DNA of 39,502 bases from Flavobacteriales bacterium (GTDB lineage: Bacteria > Bacteroidota > Bacteroidia > Flavobacteriales_F > PHOS-HE28): NCBI GenBank assembly GCA_044343855.1, contig JBIJDX010000002.1:1-39502 (forward strand), in the 5' to 3' direction. The position numbers and the translations under genes are program-made. Under the pieces are notes generated by a model. It saw only the letters and a program-made list of their open reading frames with translations. It ran no database searches and was not told the origin of the DNA. This document shows, piece after piece, positions 1 to 7,924 of the stretch (its first letter is position 1; each line of letters starts with the position of its first letter).

Positions 1-269
1 TGATCGCCATCGGTGAGTCGGATACCGCGCACCTTGGTGCCTGCCTTGATCGCCTTGGGAGCACCTTTCACAGGCAGGTCCTTGATCACGATCACATCAT
101 CCCCGTCGTGCAACACGTTGCCATTGGCATCCTTGATCATCGGACCAGCGTTTGCGGCCGCGATCTCCTCCGGGTTCCATTCGTGACCACATTCGCCGCA
201 CATCCACGAAGTACCGGTCGGGTACGTGATGGTGGAGCGGCATTCGGGGCAAGGGTTGGTATCAGGCAT
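1..269 (-). CDS. phnA: PhnA/YjdM-family zinc-ribbon protein (N-terminal 89 codons; 3' end runs off the window)
   Basis: Absent from the ORF track because there is no in-window stop. The reverse complement from ATG (269..267) reads MPDTNPCPECRSTITYPTGTSWMCGECGHEWNPEEIAAANAGPMIKDANGNVLHDGDDVIVIKDLPVKGAPKAIKAGTKVRGIRLTDGD. This shows the CPxC...CxxC zinc ribbon followed by the conserved KDANGN..DGD.V..IKDL.VKG....K.GTKV..IRL block of PhnA/YjdM proteins. Confidence 0.8.
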   Translation of the reverse strand, partial: MPDTNPCPECRSTITYPTGTSWMCGECGHEWNPEEIAAANAGPMIKDANGNVLHDGDDVIVIKDLPVKGAPKAIKAGTKVRGIRLTDGD

Positions 270-410
270 GTCGGTGGCGAATGTACCGGTGCTGCCGGAG
301 GTGCAAACCGACCACTGCCAGCACCTCTTCGGACCACGATGGCGGGAGGAGTAGTGCCTGTTTGGCGGAAGCCGACACAACATCTCTGCACACTTCACGT
401 TCGTCGACCC

Positions 411-743
411 ATGGTCCATGTTCACCGTACACTGCAACTGCTGTTCACGGTCGCCTTGGTCGTTGGCTTCCGGCTCTGGTGGGTATTGGACCATGTTGGG
501 CACGGATATCCTCCCAATGGCGTCTTCCTACGCTGGTGGCACGATGCGGAGGGACAGCCTGAGTTCCATCTGCTCTTCGCCCAGCTGGCCTATCCGCTCT
601 ACTGGTGTTCGAGTCGTAAGCTTCCATGGTCAGCGTTCTGGCGAACCTGGCGGATGGTTCACCTCGCACTTGTCCTCATGCTCCTGCTGGCAACAGGCCT
701 GGCTTGGTTGGCTACACCGGACCTCGGCGGGCATTGGGGTTGA
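411..743 (+). CDS. hypothetical small Trp-rich membrane protein (weak call)
   Basis: This is the internal ATG of track ORF 108..743; the upstream part of that ORF is antisense to phnA. The 110 aa contain 2-3 hydrophobic segments (LLFTVALVVGFRLWWVL, MVHLALVLMLLLATGLAWLA) and many Trp. Third-position GC is only modestly elevated compared with confident genes, and I recognise no family. Confidence 0.3.
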   Translation: MVHVHRTLQLLFTVALVVGFRLWWVLDHVGHGYPPNGVFLRWWHDAEGQPEFHLLFAQLAYPLYWCSSRKLPWSAFWRTWRMVHLALVLMLLLATGLAWLATPDLGGHWG

Positions 744-795
744 ACCGCCCTCGCTCCGATCGACCGGACGGTGGCCTTGGGCTACCTTGGCACCG

Positions 796-1635
796 ATGAT
801 CATGCACGGCCACATCCTCGATCTTCCGATCCTGCGGCGCAAGCCTGAAGGACTGTTGCTGGGGAACGATGAAGAACATGTGGTGATACCGCTGATGGAG
901 GCGCGCCACGGTGATGTGGGCGACCGACGGATACGGGTGTATGTGGAGCGTGATGCTGACGGCGGCTGGACGGCCACCACACGTCTTCCCAAGGTGGCTG
1001 TCGGGCGTTTCGCCCGGTTGCGTGTGGTTGACTTTGATGGCGCCGATGCGTTGGTGGACCAAGGCGTGGAGCCGCTGCTACGCATCCCGGAAGCCGAGCA
1101 GCACGCCCCTTTGGAGAGCGGCAGATGGTACACGGTGACGGTGGTGGCCGACCGCATCTCGGGGGCGCTGGTTGGAACCAGTCGCGTGGAGGAGCACTTG
1201 GACAACCGCGTACTTCGTGTGGACGAGGGCGACAAGGTGGATCTGCTGGTGTTCGCGCGCAGTCCGCTGGGACTGTCCGTGATCGTCAACGACCGGCACC
1301 AGGGGCTGGTGCATGCCAGCGATGTGTTCCGACCGGTGGATGTGGGCGATCGCGTTGAAGGCTGGGTGCGCCGCATCCGGCCCGACAACAAGATCGACAT
1401 CGTCCTGCAGCCCATCGGCTACCGCAGCGCGGTGGTGGACCATAGCGGCCGGTTGGAGGAGCGGCTGCGTCGGCAGGGCTTCATTCCCTTCTCTGACCGA
1501 AGCGCGCCTGAGGATATCCTCGATGCCTTCGGCATGAGCAAGAAGGCCTTCAAACAGGCCATCGGCAACCTGTACAAGCAGCGACTGGTGCGTATCGAGG
1601 ACGACCGCGTGGTGTGGATCGGTCCGCGGCGCTGA
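796..1635 (+). CDS. cvfB: CvfB/YitL-family S1-like RNA-binding protein
   Basis: Start moved from the track start (418) to the internal ATG at 796 (MIMHGHILDLPIL...), giving the family-typical length of about 279 aa. The protein has repeated S1-like beta-barrel segments. Its C-terminus is highly characteristic: IRPDNKIDIVLQPIGY ... FIPFSDRSAPEDILDAFGMSKKAFKQAIGNLYKQRLVRIEDD (winged-helix tail). Confidence 0.85.
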   Translation: MIMHGHILDLPILRRKPEGLLLGNDEEHVVIPLMEARHGDVGDRRIRVYVERDADGGWTATTRLPKVAVGRFARLRVVDFDGADALVDQGVEPLLRIPEAEQHAPLESGRWYTVTVVADRISGALVGTSRVEEHLDNRVLRVDEGDKVDLLVFARSPLGLSVIVNDRHQGLVHASDVFRPVDVGDRVEGWVRRIRPDNKIDIVLQPIGYRSAVVDHSGRLEERLRRQGFIPFSDRSAPEDILDAFGMSKKAFKQAIGNLYKQRLVRIEDDRVVWIGPRR

Positions 1636-1660
1636 ACAACCTTCGCACACCTACCTGAAC

Positions 1661-2071
1661 ATGAACCCCATCCTCCGCAACATCCTGGCTGTGATGGCCG
1701 GCGTAGTGCTCTGCATGTCATTGAACAGCCTTCTGCTCGGTATCCTGATGCGATCGATCGGAACGCCCGATGGCTTCATACCCAACGCCCCTGACACGTA
1801 TGTGCTCCTAGGTCCGGAACACTATGCAGCGCCCTTCCTGGCGCACAGCATACCCTCACTATTGGGCGCGCTGCTGGCCAGCTTGCTTGCAGCCAATAGC
1901 CATCGCGCCATGGCCCTGGTGGTCGGCTTCGTACATCTGCTCGGTGGCATTGCCGCAGCATTCATGATACCCGCTCCCTCCTGGTTCATCGCTGTAGACC
2001 TGTTGTTCGCATACATGCCGATGGCGATCCTCGGCTGGAAGGTCAGCAAGCGGCTGATCAAAGCTCCCTGA
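1661..2071 (+). CDS. hypothetical integral membrane protein (about 4 TM)
   Basis: ATG start, 136 aa, four clear hydrophobic helices, GC-rich third positions. It fills the gap between the neighbouring same-strand genes. No family recognised. Confidence 0.6.
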   Translation: MNPILRNILAVMAGVVLCMSLNSLLLGILMRSIGTPDGFIPNAPDTYVLLGPEHYAAPFLAHSIPSLLGALLASLLAANSHRAMALVVGFVHLLGGIAAAFMIPAPSWFIAVDLLFAYMPMAILGWKVSKRLIKAP

Positions 2072-2082
2072 AACGGACCGGA

Positions 2083-2430
2083 ATGAACGCACAGTTGGTA
2101 AGGCCGCTCGCGCTGGAACTACCGGGTGCACTGGAACAGGAGCACTTCGGGCGGCCCGCCTTCAGTGTGAAGAAGAGGATCTTTTGCACCTGGTGGGTGA
2201 TGGAGGACCGGGTGGTGATCAAGTTGACTCCCGAGCAGCAGGCAGAATGGTGCGCCGAACAGCCCGACACCATCTCACCGGTGCCCAACAAATGGGGGCG
2301 GCATGGTTGGACGAACGTGCACCTGAACGTGGTGAGTGAGCGTACACTGCGTCATTTGCTGGACCGTGCGTGGCGCAATGTGTGTCCAAAGTGGCTGCTA
2401 CCCACACGACAGGTGCCGCCGCGGGGGTGA
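2083..2430 (+). CDS. MmcQ/YjbR-family protein
   Basis: 115 aa. The pattern LPGALEQEHFGRPAFSVKKRIFCTWW...VVIKL.PE......PD.ISPVPNKWGRHGWTNV resembles the MmcQ/YjbR fold family (HFG.p.F.v.gK.Fa.., ..kwg..gwt.v.l). Confidence 0.6.
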   Translation: MNAQLVRPLALELPGALEQEHFGRPAFSVKKRIFCTWWVMEDRVVIKLTPEQQAEWCAEQPDTISPVPNKWGRHGWTNVHLNVVSERTLRHLLDRAWRNVCPKWLLPTRQVPPRG

Positions 2431-2574
2431 ATAACGGACCCTGGGCAGCTGCGTTCGCCAGCACCATCAGCTGCGGAAGGAACGACCAACAGAAGGGGAG
2501 CATACGGTCGTCGAGCGGGATCGCTCATGGATCCCTGCGTCACCTTGGAACACATCTCGCGACGCGTCAAGCCT

Positions 2575-3465
2575 TTACCACAACCCCATCGGATACAGCA
2601 CATACGCCAGAAAGAACAGCCCCCAGAAGAACAGGTAGAAGCGCTTCACCTGGGCATCCTCGTCCACATCCAACAGTACCGCCGACAGCACGAACACCGC
2701 CAACGGAATGCCGAATGCCAAGGTGTACCGGGGCGCATGGGGCAGCAGACCGATCCACGCGGGAATCAGCACGGAGAGATAGGCGAAGCCGACGACCACC
2801 GCACCGAGCAACAGCGCCGTGGATCGCCCCATGCGTACCGCCAGCGTACCAAAGCGGAACTCCGCATCACCACGGGTGTCCGGGATGTCCTTGAACCATG
2901 CGATACCGATGCTGAACAAGGCCACGAAAGCCGTGAGCGGTCCGATCACCGGATCGAAGCCAGGACCAACGGAAAGCATCGCGCGGTAATGACTATAGAA
3001 GCCGAGGTTCACCAATATGCCGCGCACCACCGTGATCACCAGTGCTGCACCGAAGTGGTGACGCTTCAGCTGGATCGGCGGCATGGAATAGGCCCAGCCC
3101 AGGAAGCTGATCAACGCGATCAACCCGAAGAACGACCAGGATAACAGGGCGGCGACCACCAAGGCCAATACCAGGCACACCAGCACGATCCGCAATGCTC
3201 CGGCCCGCGACAAGCGACCTGCCGGAATGGGTAGCCACGGCTTATTGATGCGGTCAACCTCCACATCGCTCCATTGGTTGAGGCCGGTGATGAACACATT
3301 ACAGGCCAGTGCCGAGATCAGGCTGGGCAACCACACGCCGAAATGATCAGGCACCGCATCCGGACGCGCCAGCACAAGCACATAGAGTGCCGTTACACTG
3401 AGCGCACTGCCGATGATGGTGTGCGGCCGGGTGAATTGCCAGAAGGTGATGAGCGCACGTATCAT
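2575..3465 (-). CDS. UbiA-superfamily aromatic prenyltransferase, homogentisate phytyl/prenyltransferase-like
   Basis: Start set at MIRALITFWQFTRPHT (ATG 3465..3463), which overlaps the upstream gene's stop as ATGA. About 9 TM helices. The first Asp-rich motif is GLNQWSDVEVDRINKPWLPIPAG (the NQxxDxxxDxxNKP form typical of homogentisate prenyltransferases). The second motif is WFKDIPDTRGDAEFRFGTLAVRMG (KDIPDxxGD). Confidence 0.8.
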   Translation of the reverse strand: MIRALITFWQFTRPHTIIGSALSVTALYVLVLARPDAVPDHFGVWLPSLISALACNVFITGLNQWSDVEVDRINKPWLPIPAGRLSRAGALRIVLVCLVLALVVAALLSWSFFGLIALISFLGWAYSMPPIQLKRHHFGAALVITVVRGILVNLGFYSHYRAMLSVGPGFDPVIGPLTAFVALFSIGIAWFKDIPDTRGDAEFRFGTLAVRMGRSTALLLGAVVVGFAYLSVLIPAWIGLLPHAPRYTLAFGIPLAVFVLSAVLLDVDEDAQVKRFYLFFWGLFFLAYVLYPMGLW

Positions 3466-4205
3466 GGGCGAACAGGCAGGCAATGTACCCATGTGACCGG
3501 CGCCCACCACGGACCGACCATACCACCACGCACCACGAACGATGGTCCGGCCGCCTCCTGCACCCGCGCCAGCAGCACTGCCGGACGATCGGTTCGAAGC
3601 ACACTCACCAGGCCATCCCACGGAATGGTGACCAGATTCACCGGTAGCACATAGGTGAAGAACAGCCGCTCCCAACGGAACGGTCGCACGAAGGGCGCCA
3701 ACAACACCTGCCCTACCGTGGTGGTGAACAAGATCTTCAAAAACACCAGGAGGTTCGGCTGCAGTACTTCATGCACCAACACCCCTCGATGCGCCTGCTG
3801 GCGAACAAGTGTGACCTGCTGGTCTGGTGTGAAGTGATGGAACGTGTTGAACAAGCTCACCGGGCCTTCACCCGGCAGGCGGGCGGCAAGGGCATCAAGC
3901 GCCGCCGGATGCCAGCGCACGTGCTGCGGCAGGTCGGCACCGGGCGAAGGATAGCGATCGGTGAGCGTGAAGCGGACCGAATCAAGGGCCGCTTGCTTGG
4001 CGAGGTAGCGGATCGGTCCGCCCTGACCCGAACCAAGGTCCGTGAGGTGATCGCTTCGCACGTGCTGCAGGGCTGAAGCGATGAGCGGCGCCATCGGGCG
4101 GTAAACCTTGAAGCGCTCCACCAGCCAGCCAATGAACTCCACCTGCATACGGCGGAGCAGTGGAGGAAAGCCGGGCAGATCCTCGAGTTCGATCCAATGG
4201 GCCAT
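3462..4205 (-). CDS. class I SAM-dependent methyltransferase with hydrophobic C-terminal region
   Basis: Start set at the internal ATG 4205..4203 (MAHWIELEDL...). Motif I is LTDLGSGQGGP, followed by an acidic post-I residue (TLTDRYP) and motif II-like VSLFNTFHHF. The stop TGA (3464..3462) overlaps the ATG of the downstream UbiA gene, indicating translational coupling. Confidence 0.75.
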   Translation of the reverse strand: MAHWIELEDLPGFPPLLRRMQVEFIGWLVERFKVYRPMAPLIASALQHVRSDHLTDLGSGQGGPIRYLAKQAALDSVRFTLTDRYPSPGADLPQHVRWHPAALDALAARLPGEGPVSLFNTFHHFTPDQQVTLVRQQAHRGVLVHEVLQPNLLVFLKILFTTTVGQVLLAPFVRPFRWERLFFTYVLPVNLVTIPWDGLVSVLRTDRPAVLLARVQEAAGPSFVVRGGMVGPWWAPVTWVHCLPVRP

Positions 4206-4229
4206 GGGTTGCGTTACTTCGGCGTTCCG

Positions 4230-5651
4230 ATGTACAACGATACGACCGTTCTCGCCATTCTTGGCGGGGCTGTGGCCTTGCTCACCCTGGCAATGGACCG
4301 ACTCGACCGCACGGCGCGCTGGCCGCAGTGGCTGAGCCGAAAGGTGTTGCACGTGGGGGGCGTGGGAACCTGCGCTCTCGCGCCCATGCTACTGGAGGAC
4401 ATTACCACGCTGGCGATCGTGGTGCTCGTGGTAGAAGTGCTGCTGATCATCGTTGTGGGCAGTGGGCGGTTCTTCCGCGAATCGAGCGGTCGACCCGGCT
4501 GGGGCATCGCCCTTTTCCCCCTGCCCTACCTCGTGCTGCTCTGGCTCTTCCCCACCCATGACCAGCGGTGGCTCATCACCGTGCCCATGCTCATCCTGGC
4601 GCTGAGCGACGCAGCAGCAGCCGTATTCGGCATTCTCTTGTATAGTCCCGCTTACCACCTCACCAGCGACCGCAAGAGCCTGGCCGGCAGCGCTGCTTTC
4701 ATCCTCGTCACCTCGGCCATCCTGGTACTGTGGCCCTCGCCCCTCAACGCCTGGCCCTTGACCAACATGCTTGCTGCGGTATTGCTGTTGAGCGTGCTCC
4801 TCGCCACTGCCGAAGCGCTCGGGTCTGCAGGTTGGGACAACGTGTGGATCCCCGCTGGTGCAGCATCGCTAATGGTCTCCCTGGTCTACGGGGAAGCACA
4901 CCAACAGCTGGGTGCGGCATGGATCGCGGCCGCTGTGGCGGTCATCTTCGTGTGGCTGAGTGTGTACAAAGGCTGGCTTACGTTGGGCGGTGCGGTCAGT
5001 GCGGCCCTCCTTGGATGCACAGTGGTATGGACACAAGGACCGAAGTGGATCACTCCCCTCCTCGTGTTCTTCGCTGGCAGTACCCTGCTCAGCAAGCTGG
5101 GGCGCAATACAAGCACCAGCGATGCGAAGCATGGACGTCCGCGTGACGCCGAGCAGGTTTGGAGCAACGGCGGTGTCTACCTCGCGGCGGCGCTGCTGCT
5201 TCCGGGCGAGCTGGCGCACCTGGGAATGATCGTGAGCATGGCCGTCGCCACGGCAGATACCTGGGCGAGTGAGATCGGCATGGCGGTGCGCGGGCGTACG
5301 CTGGATCTCCGCACCGGTCGCATCGTTCCACCAGGGCTTTCCGGCGGCATCAGCCTCGCGGGCACAATGGGTGCGGTGGCGGGTGCCATAGTACTATCCC
5401 TTGCAGCGGGTGCGCTCCTCCGCACCCCCCCTTCCTACCAGGCGCAGATCGCGGCGTGGGGCGTGGCCGGCATGTTGCTGGACAGCCTGCTGGGCGCGTG
5501 GTTGCAGGTGCGTTACAGGGCAGCGGAAGGCACTTGGCGCGACCAACAAGGCAAAGCACCAACGAGGCAACTTGGTCTGGCATGGATGACCAACGACCGT
5601 GTGAACCTGTTGACCATTGCGCTCATAACTGCATTGGCACTGCTGAGCTGA
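4230..5651 (+). CDS. fusion protein: phytol/polyprenol kinase-like domain (VTE5 / dolichol-kinase family) + DUF92 (VTE6 phytyl-phosphate kinase family) domain
   Basis: The N-terminal half has the CTP-dependent prenol-kinase signatures LSRKVLHVGG and LALSDAAAAVFG...SDRKSLAGSAAF. The C-terminal half has DUF92/TMEM19-type blocks: GGAVSAALLG, LLVFFAGSTLLSKLG, RDAEQVWSNGGV, VATADTWASEIG, PPGLSGGISLAGTMGAVAGA. The whole protein is polytopic membrane. The start could be ATG 4197 or ATG 4230 (MYNDTTVLAILGG...); 4230 avoids a head-on overlap with the divergent methyltransferase start. Confidence 0.75.
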   Translation: MYNDTTVLAILGGAVALLTLAMDRLDRTARWPQWLSRKVLHVGGVGTCALAPMLLEDITTLAIVVLVVEVLLIIVVGSGRFFRESSGRPGWGIALFPLPYLVLLWLFPTHDQRWLITVPMLILALSDAAAAVFGILLYSPAYHLTSDRKSLAGSAAFILVTSAILVLWPSPLNAWPLTNMLAAVLLLSVLLATAEALGSAGWDNVWIPAGAASLMVSLVYGEAHQQLGAAWIAAAVAVIFVWLSVYKGWLTLGGAVSAALLGCTVVWTQGPKWITPLLVFFAGSTLLSKLGRNTSTSDAKHGRPRDAEQVWSNGGVYLAAALLLPGELAHLGMIVSMAVATADTWASEIGMAVRGRTLDLRTGRIVPPGLSGGISLAGTMGAVAGAIVLSLAAGALLRTPPSYQAQIAAWGVAGMLLDSLLGAWLQVRYRAAEGTWRDQQGKAPTRQLGLAWMTNDRVNLLTIALITALALLS

Positions 5652-5701
5652 GCGCACCAAGTCCCGAACTTCGCGCCACCTTGGAACAGCGCTCCTTCCG
5701 C

Positions 5702-6880
5702 ATGATCGCCCAGACCCTCTTCGGGTTGGAGGAGGTTTTGCGTGCTGAACTGGTGCGCCTGGGTGCGCGCAACACCGAACGGCACAACCGCGCCGTCAGC
5801 TTCACCGGCGACGAAGGCTTCCTCTACAAGGCCAACCTCGCGCTGCGCACCGCCATCCGTGTGCTGGTGCCCATCGCCAGCTTCGATTCGCGCAATACGG
5901 AGCAGCTCTACATGGGCATCAAACGCATCGGTTGGCAGGACCATCTCCGACCGGACGACACCTTCGCCATCAAGGCCACGCTCAACACCCACTGGACCGA
6001 CCACAGCCAGTTCATTGCGCAGAAATGCAAGGATGCCATCGTGGACCGCTTCCGCGAGAAAAGCGGCCGCCGCCCCTCGGTGGACCTCAACGATCCCGTG
6101 CTGCGCATCCACGTCCACATCATCCACGAGCGCGTCACCGTATCCCTCGACAGCTCGGGCGGGTCCTTGCACGAGCGCGGCTACCGGCAGGACACCAATG
6201 CCGCACCGCTCAACGAAGTGCTCGCCGCCGGCATGGTGCTGCTCAGCGGATGGGACCGTCGGATGCCGCTGGTGGATCCGATGTGCGGCTCGGGCACGCT
6301 GCTGGTGGAAGCGGCGATGATCGCGGCCAACATCCCGCCGGGCATCTACCGCAAACAATTCGCCTTCGAGCGCTGGCCCACCTTCGATGAGGCGCTGTAC
6401 ACCACCGTGCGCAACGCCTTGATAGGTCGCATCACCGAGGCCCGGCCGGTGATCCTGGGCAATGACATCAACCGCGTGACGGTGGCCAAGGCGCGGGATA
6501 CCATCGCTGCCGCACAGTTGGAGGACAGCATCACCCTGCGGCATGGCGACTTCGCCGATATGGAGCCGCCTGCTGGTCCGGGCATGCTGATCATGAACCC
6601 GCCCTATGGCGAACGAATGAACGAGCAGGGCATCGGCACGGCAAGCGATATGGAGGCCATCGATGCGCTGTACGCCATGATCGGCAACACGTTGAAACAC
6701 CGGTGGACCGGCTGGATCGCGTGGGTGCTCACCAGCAACCTCGAGGCCGCCAAGCGCATCCGCCTCACACCGAAGCCGAAGATCCAACTCTTCAACGGTG
6801 CGTTGGATTGCCGCATGCTTCGCTATGACCTGTACGCCGGATCGCGCCGCTTGACACCGCCCCCTGCGCGCGAGGACTGA
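5702..6880 (+). CDS. THUMP-domain class I SAM-dependent RNA methyltransferase (RlmL/COG0116-like)
   Basis: Start moved to the internal ATG 5702 (MIAQTLFGLEEVLRAEL...), the typical N-terminus of this family. The protein has a THUMP region followed by a methyltransferase fold with DPMCGSGTLLVEAA (motif I) and LIMNPPYGERM (the NPPY catalytic motif). Confidence 0.85.
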   Translation: MIAQTLFGLEEVLRAELVRLGARNTERHNRAVSFTGDEGFLYKANLALRTAIRVLVPIASFDSRNTEQLYMGIKRIGWQDHLRPDDTFAIKATLNTHWTDHSQFIAQKCKDAIVDRFREKSGRRPSVDLNDPVLRIHVHIIHERVTVSLDSSGGSLHERGYRQDTNAAPLNEVLAAGMVLLSGWDRRMPLVDPMCGSGTLLVEAAMIAANIPPGIYRKQFAFERWPTFDEALYTTVRNALIGRITEARPVILGNDINRVTVAKARDTIAAAQLEDSITLRHGDFADMEPPAGPGMLIMNPPYGERMNEQGIGTASDMEAIDALYAMIGNTLKHRWTGWIAWVLTSNLEAAKRIRLTPKPKIQLFNGALDCRMLRYDLYAGSRRLTPPPARED

Positions 6881-6943
6881 TCGTTCACACGGTTCATGAA
6901 CGCATCGCGCATCGGCGTGTACCGTTCACGAAACGGAACCATC

Positions 6944-7924
6944 ATGCACCATACCGCACGCACCCTTGCTGTCATTGCCTCGCTGCCGATCGCTCTCAAC
7001 GCTCGTCCTCAGGCCATGGGCAACCTCATGTACGAAAGCAGCAGCCGCATCCACTTCCAACAGGCCGAACAACCTGTGAAGGCAACCGTACAGGGCAACA
7101 TGCTGGTGCTCGAGGTAAACGCCATGATGAACATGAAGGCGGACAGCTACCTCGCCATCTTCCACATCACCCAATTGGGGCAGAGCGCGGAAGAGGCCGA
7201 CAGCCTGATGAACACACGCATCAACGGATTCACGCAGCGGATGAAGGAACATGGTGTGAAGGAGAAGGATGTCTTCCCCGACATGCTCAGCTTCGTGCCG
7301 GTGTATGAGCTGGAGACCACGCGCAAACTCTTCAGCAAGAGCTACCAGGAAGTGCCGGCCGGCTTCGAGATCCAGAAGAACATACACGTCCGCTTCACCG
7401 ATGCCCGCATCCTTGACCGCCTGGTGACCGCGGCAGCCAAGGAGGAGATCTATGACCTGGTGAAGGTGGACTTCTTCGTACAGGACCAGAGCGCCTGCTA
7501 CGACACCCTGCGCATGTTCGCCACCAGACTGTTGCAGCAGAAGCTCGACAACTTCAGCAGGCTCGGCTTGAAGGTGAGCGAAAGTCACCGGATGGCGGCC
7601 GAAAAGAACGGTGCCTACTTCCCGCTGGACCGCTACACCAACTACAAGTCACGCACGCTGACCAGCCTTAACAGCCGTCGCAAGGGCCAGGTGGTGAACG
7701 ATGTCAGGCAGAGCAACACACTCTTTTACAACAAGGTCCCATACGGCCAGTTCGACATCGTGCTGCATGCGGAGATCACCGAGCCGCCGGTGCAATACAC
7801 GTACAACCTCACCATGCAGGTGCAGTTGCCGGAGGCCTGGGCCGACAAGGGGAAGGAGGTGAAGGACATCATCAAATACCTGTGGATCACCGACAAGGGG
7901 GAAATGAAGGAATTGAAGCTCTGA
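6944..7924 (+). CDS. secreted SIMPL/DUF541-like protein
   Basis: Signal-peptide-like N-terminus MHHTARTLAVIASLPIALNA; an alternative ATG lies at 6896. The core pattern VLEVNAMMNMKADSYLAIFHITQLGQSAEEADSLMNTRINGFTQRMKEHGVKEKDVF..MLSFVPVYE fits the SIMPL fold pattern. GC looks slightly lower than in the neighbouring genes. Confidence 0.55.
   Translation: MHHTARTLAVIASLPIALNARPQAMGNLMYESSSRIHFQQAEQPVKATVQGNMLVLEVNAMMNMKADSYLAIFHITQLGQSAEEADSLMNTRINGFTQRMKEHGVKEKDVFPDMLSFVPVYELETTRKLFSKSYQEVPAGFEIQKNIHVRFTDARILDRLVTAAAKEEIYDLVKVDFFVQDQSACYDTLRMFATRLLQQKLDNFSRLGLKVSESHRMAAEKNGAYFPLDRYTNYKSRTLTSLNSRRKGQVVNDVRQSNTLFYNKVPYGQFDIVLHAEITEPPVQYTYNLTMQVQLPEAWADKGKEVKDIIKYLWITDKGEMKELKL

Noticed and set aside
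418-795. N-terminal extensions of track ORFs: 418..795 (cvfB), 3466..3675 (UbiA), 4206..4352 (methyltransferase), 5456..5701 (RNA MTase), 11077..11298, 14296..14355, 17720..17869, 20041..20106, 22168..22710, 25089..25394, 34656..34748.
   Set aside because: The extensions overlap the preceding gene or translate to low-complexity, Arg/Pro-rich sequence. In each case an internal ATG reproduces the family-typical N-terminus or a clean signal peptide. Several track starts are TTG or GTG rendered as M.
2517-2535. 6-bp inverted repeat GGGATC...GATCCC with a 7-nt loop in the convergent gap between the MmcQ-like and UbiA genes.
   Set aside because: The stem is too short and built around a BamHI-like palindrome. 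It is weak evidence for a terminator.
5513-6787. Long antisense or out-of-frame ORFs in the track: 5513..6787 (-), 8180..9220 (+), 9989..11059 (+), 11600..12580 (-), 12650..13441 (-), 22315..23460 (-), 25761..26840 (-), 29293..30312 (-), 31259..32281 (-), 35535..36323 (-), 38503..39462 (-), 630..1415 (-), 2527..3144 (+).
   Set aside because: Each lies entirely over a confidently identified gene on the other strand or in another frame. Their translations are Arg/Gly/Ala/His-rich with no recognisable motifs. They are the shadow ORFs expected when stop codons are rare in GC-rich DNA.
6944-7924. Slightly lower GC in the SIMPL-like gene as a sign of horizontal acquisition.
   Set aside because: The difference is modest by eye. 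There are no flanking repeats, tRNA or mobility genes, and I cannot compute composition statistics here.
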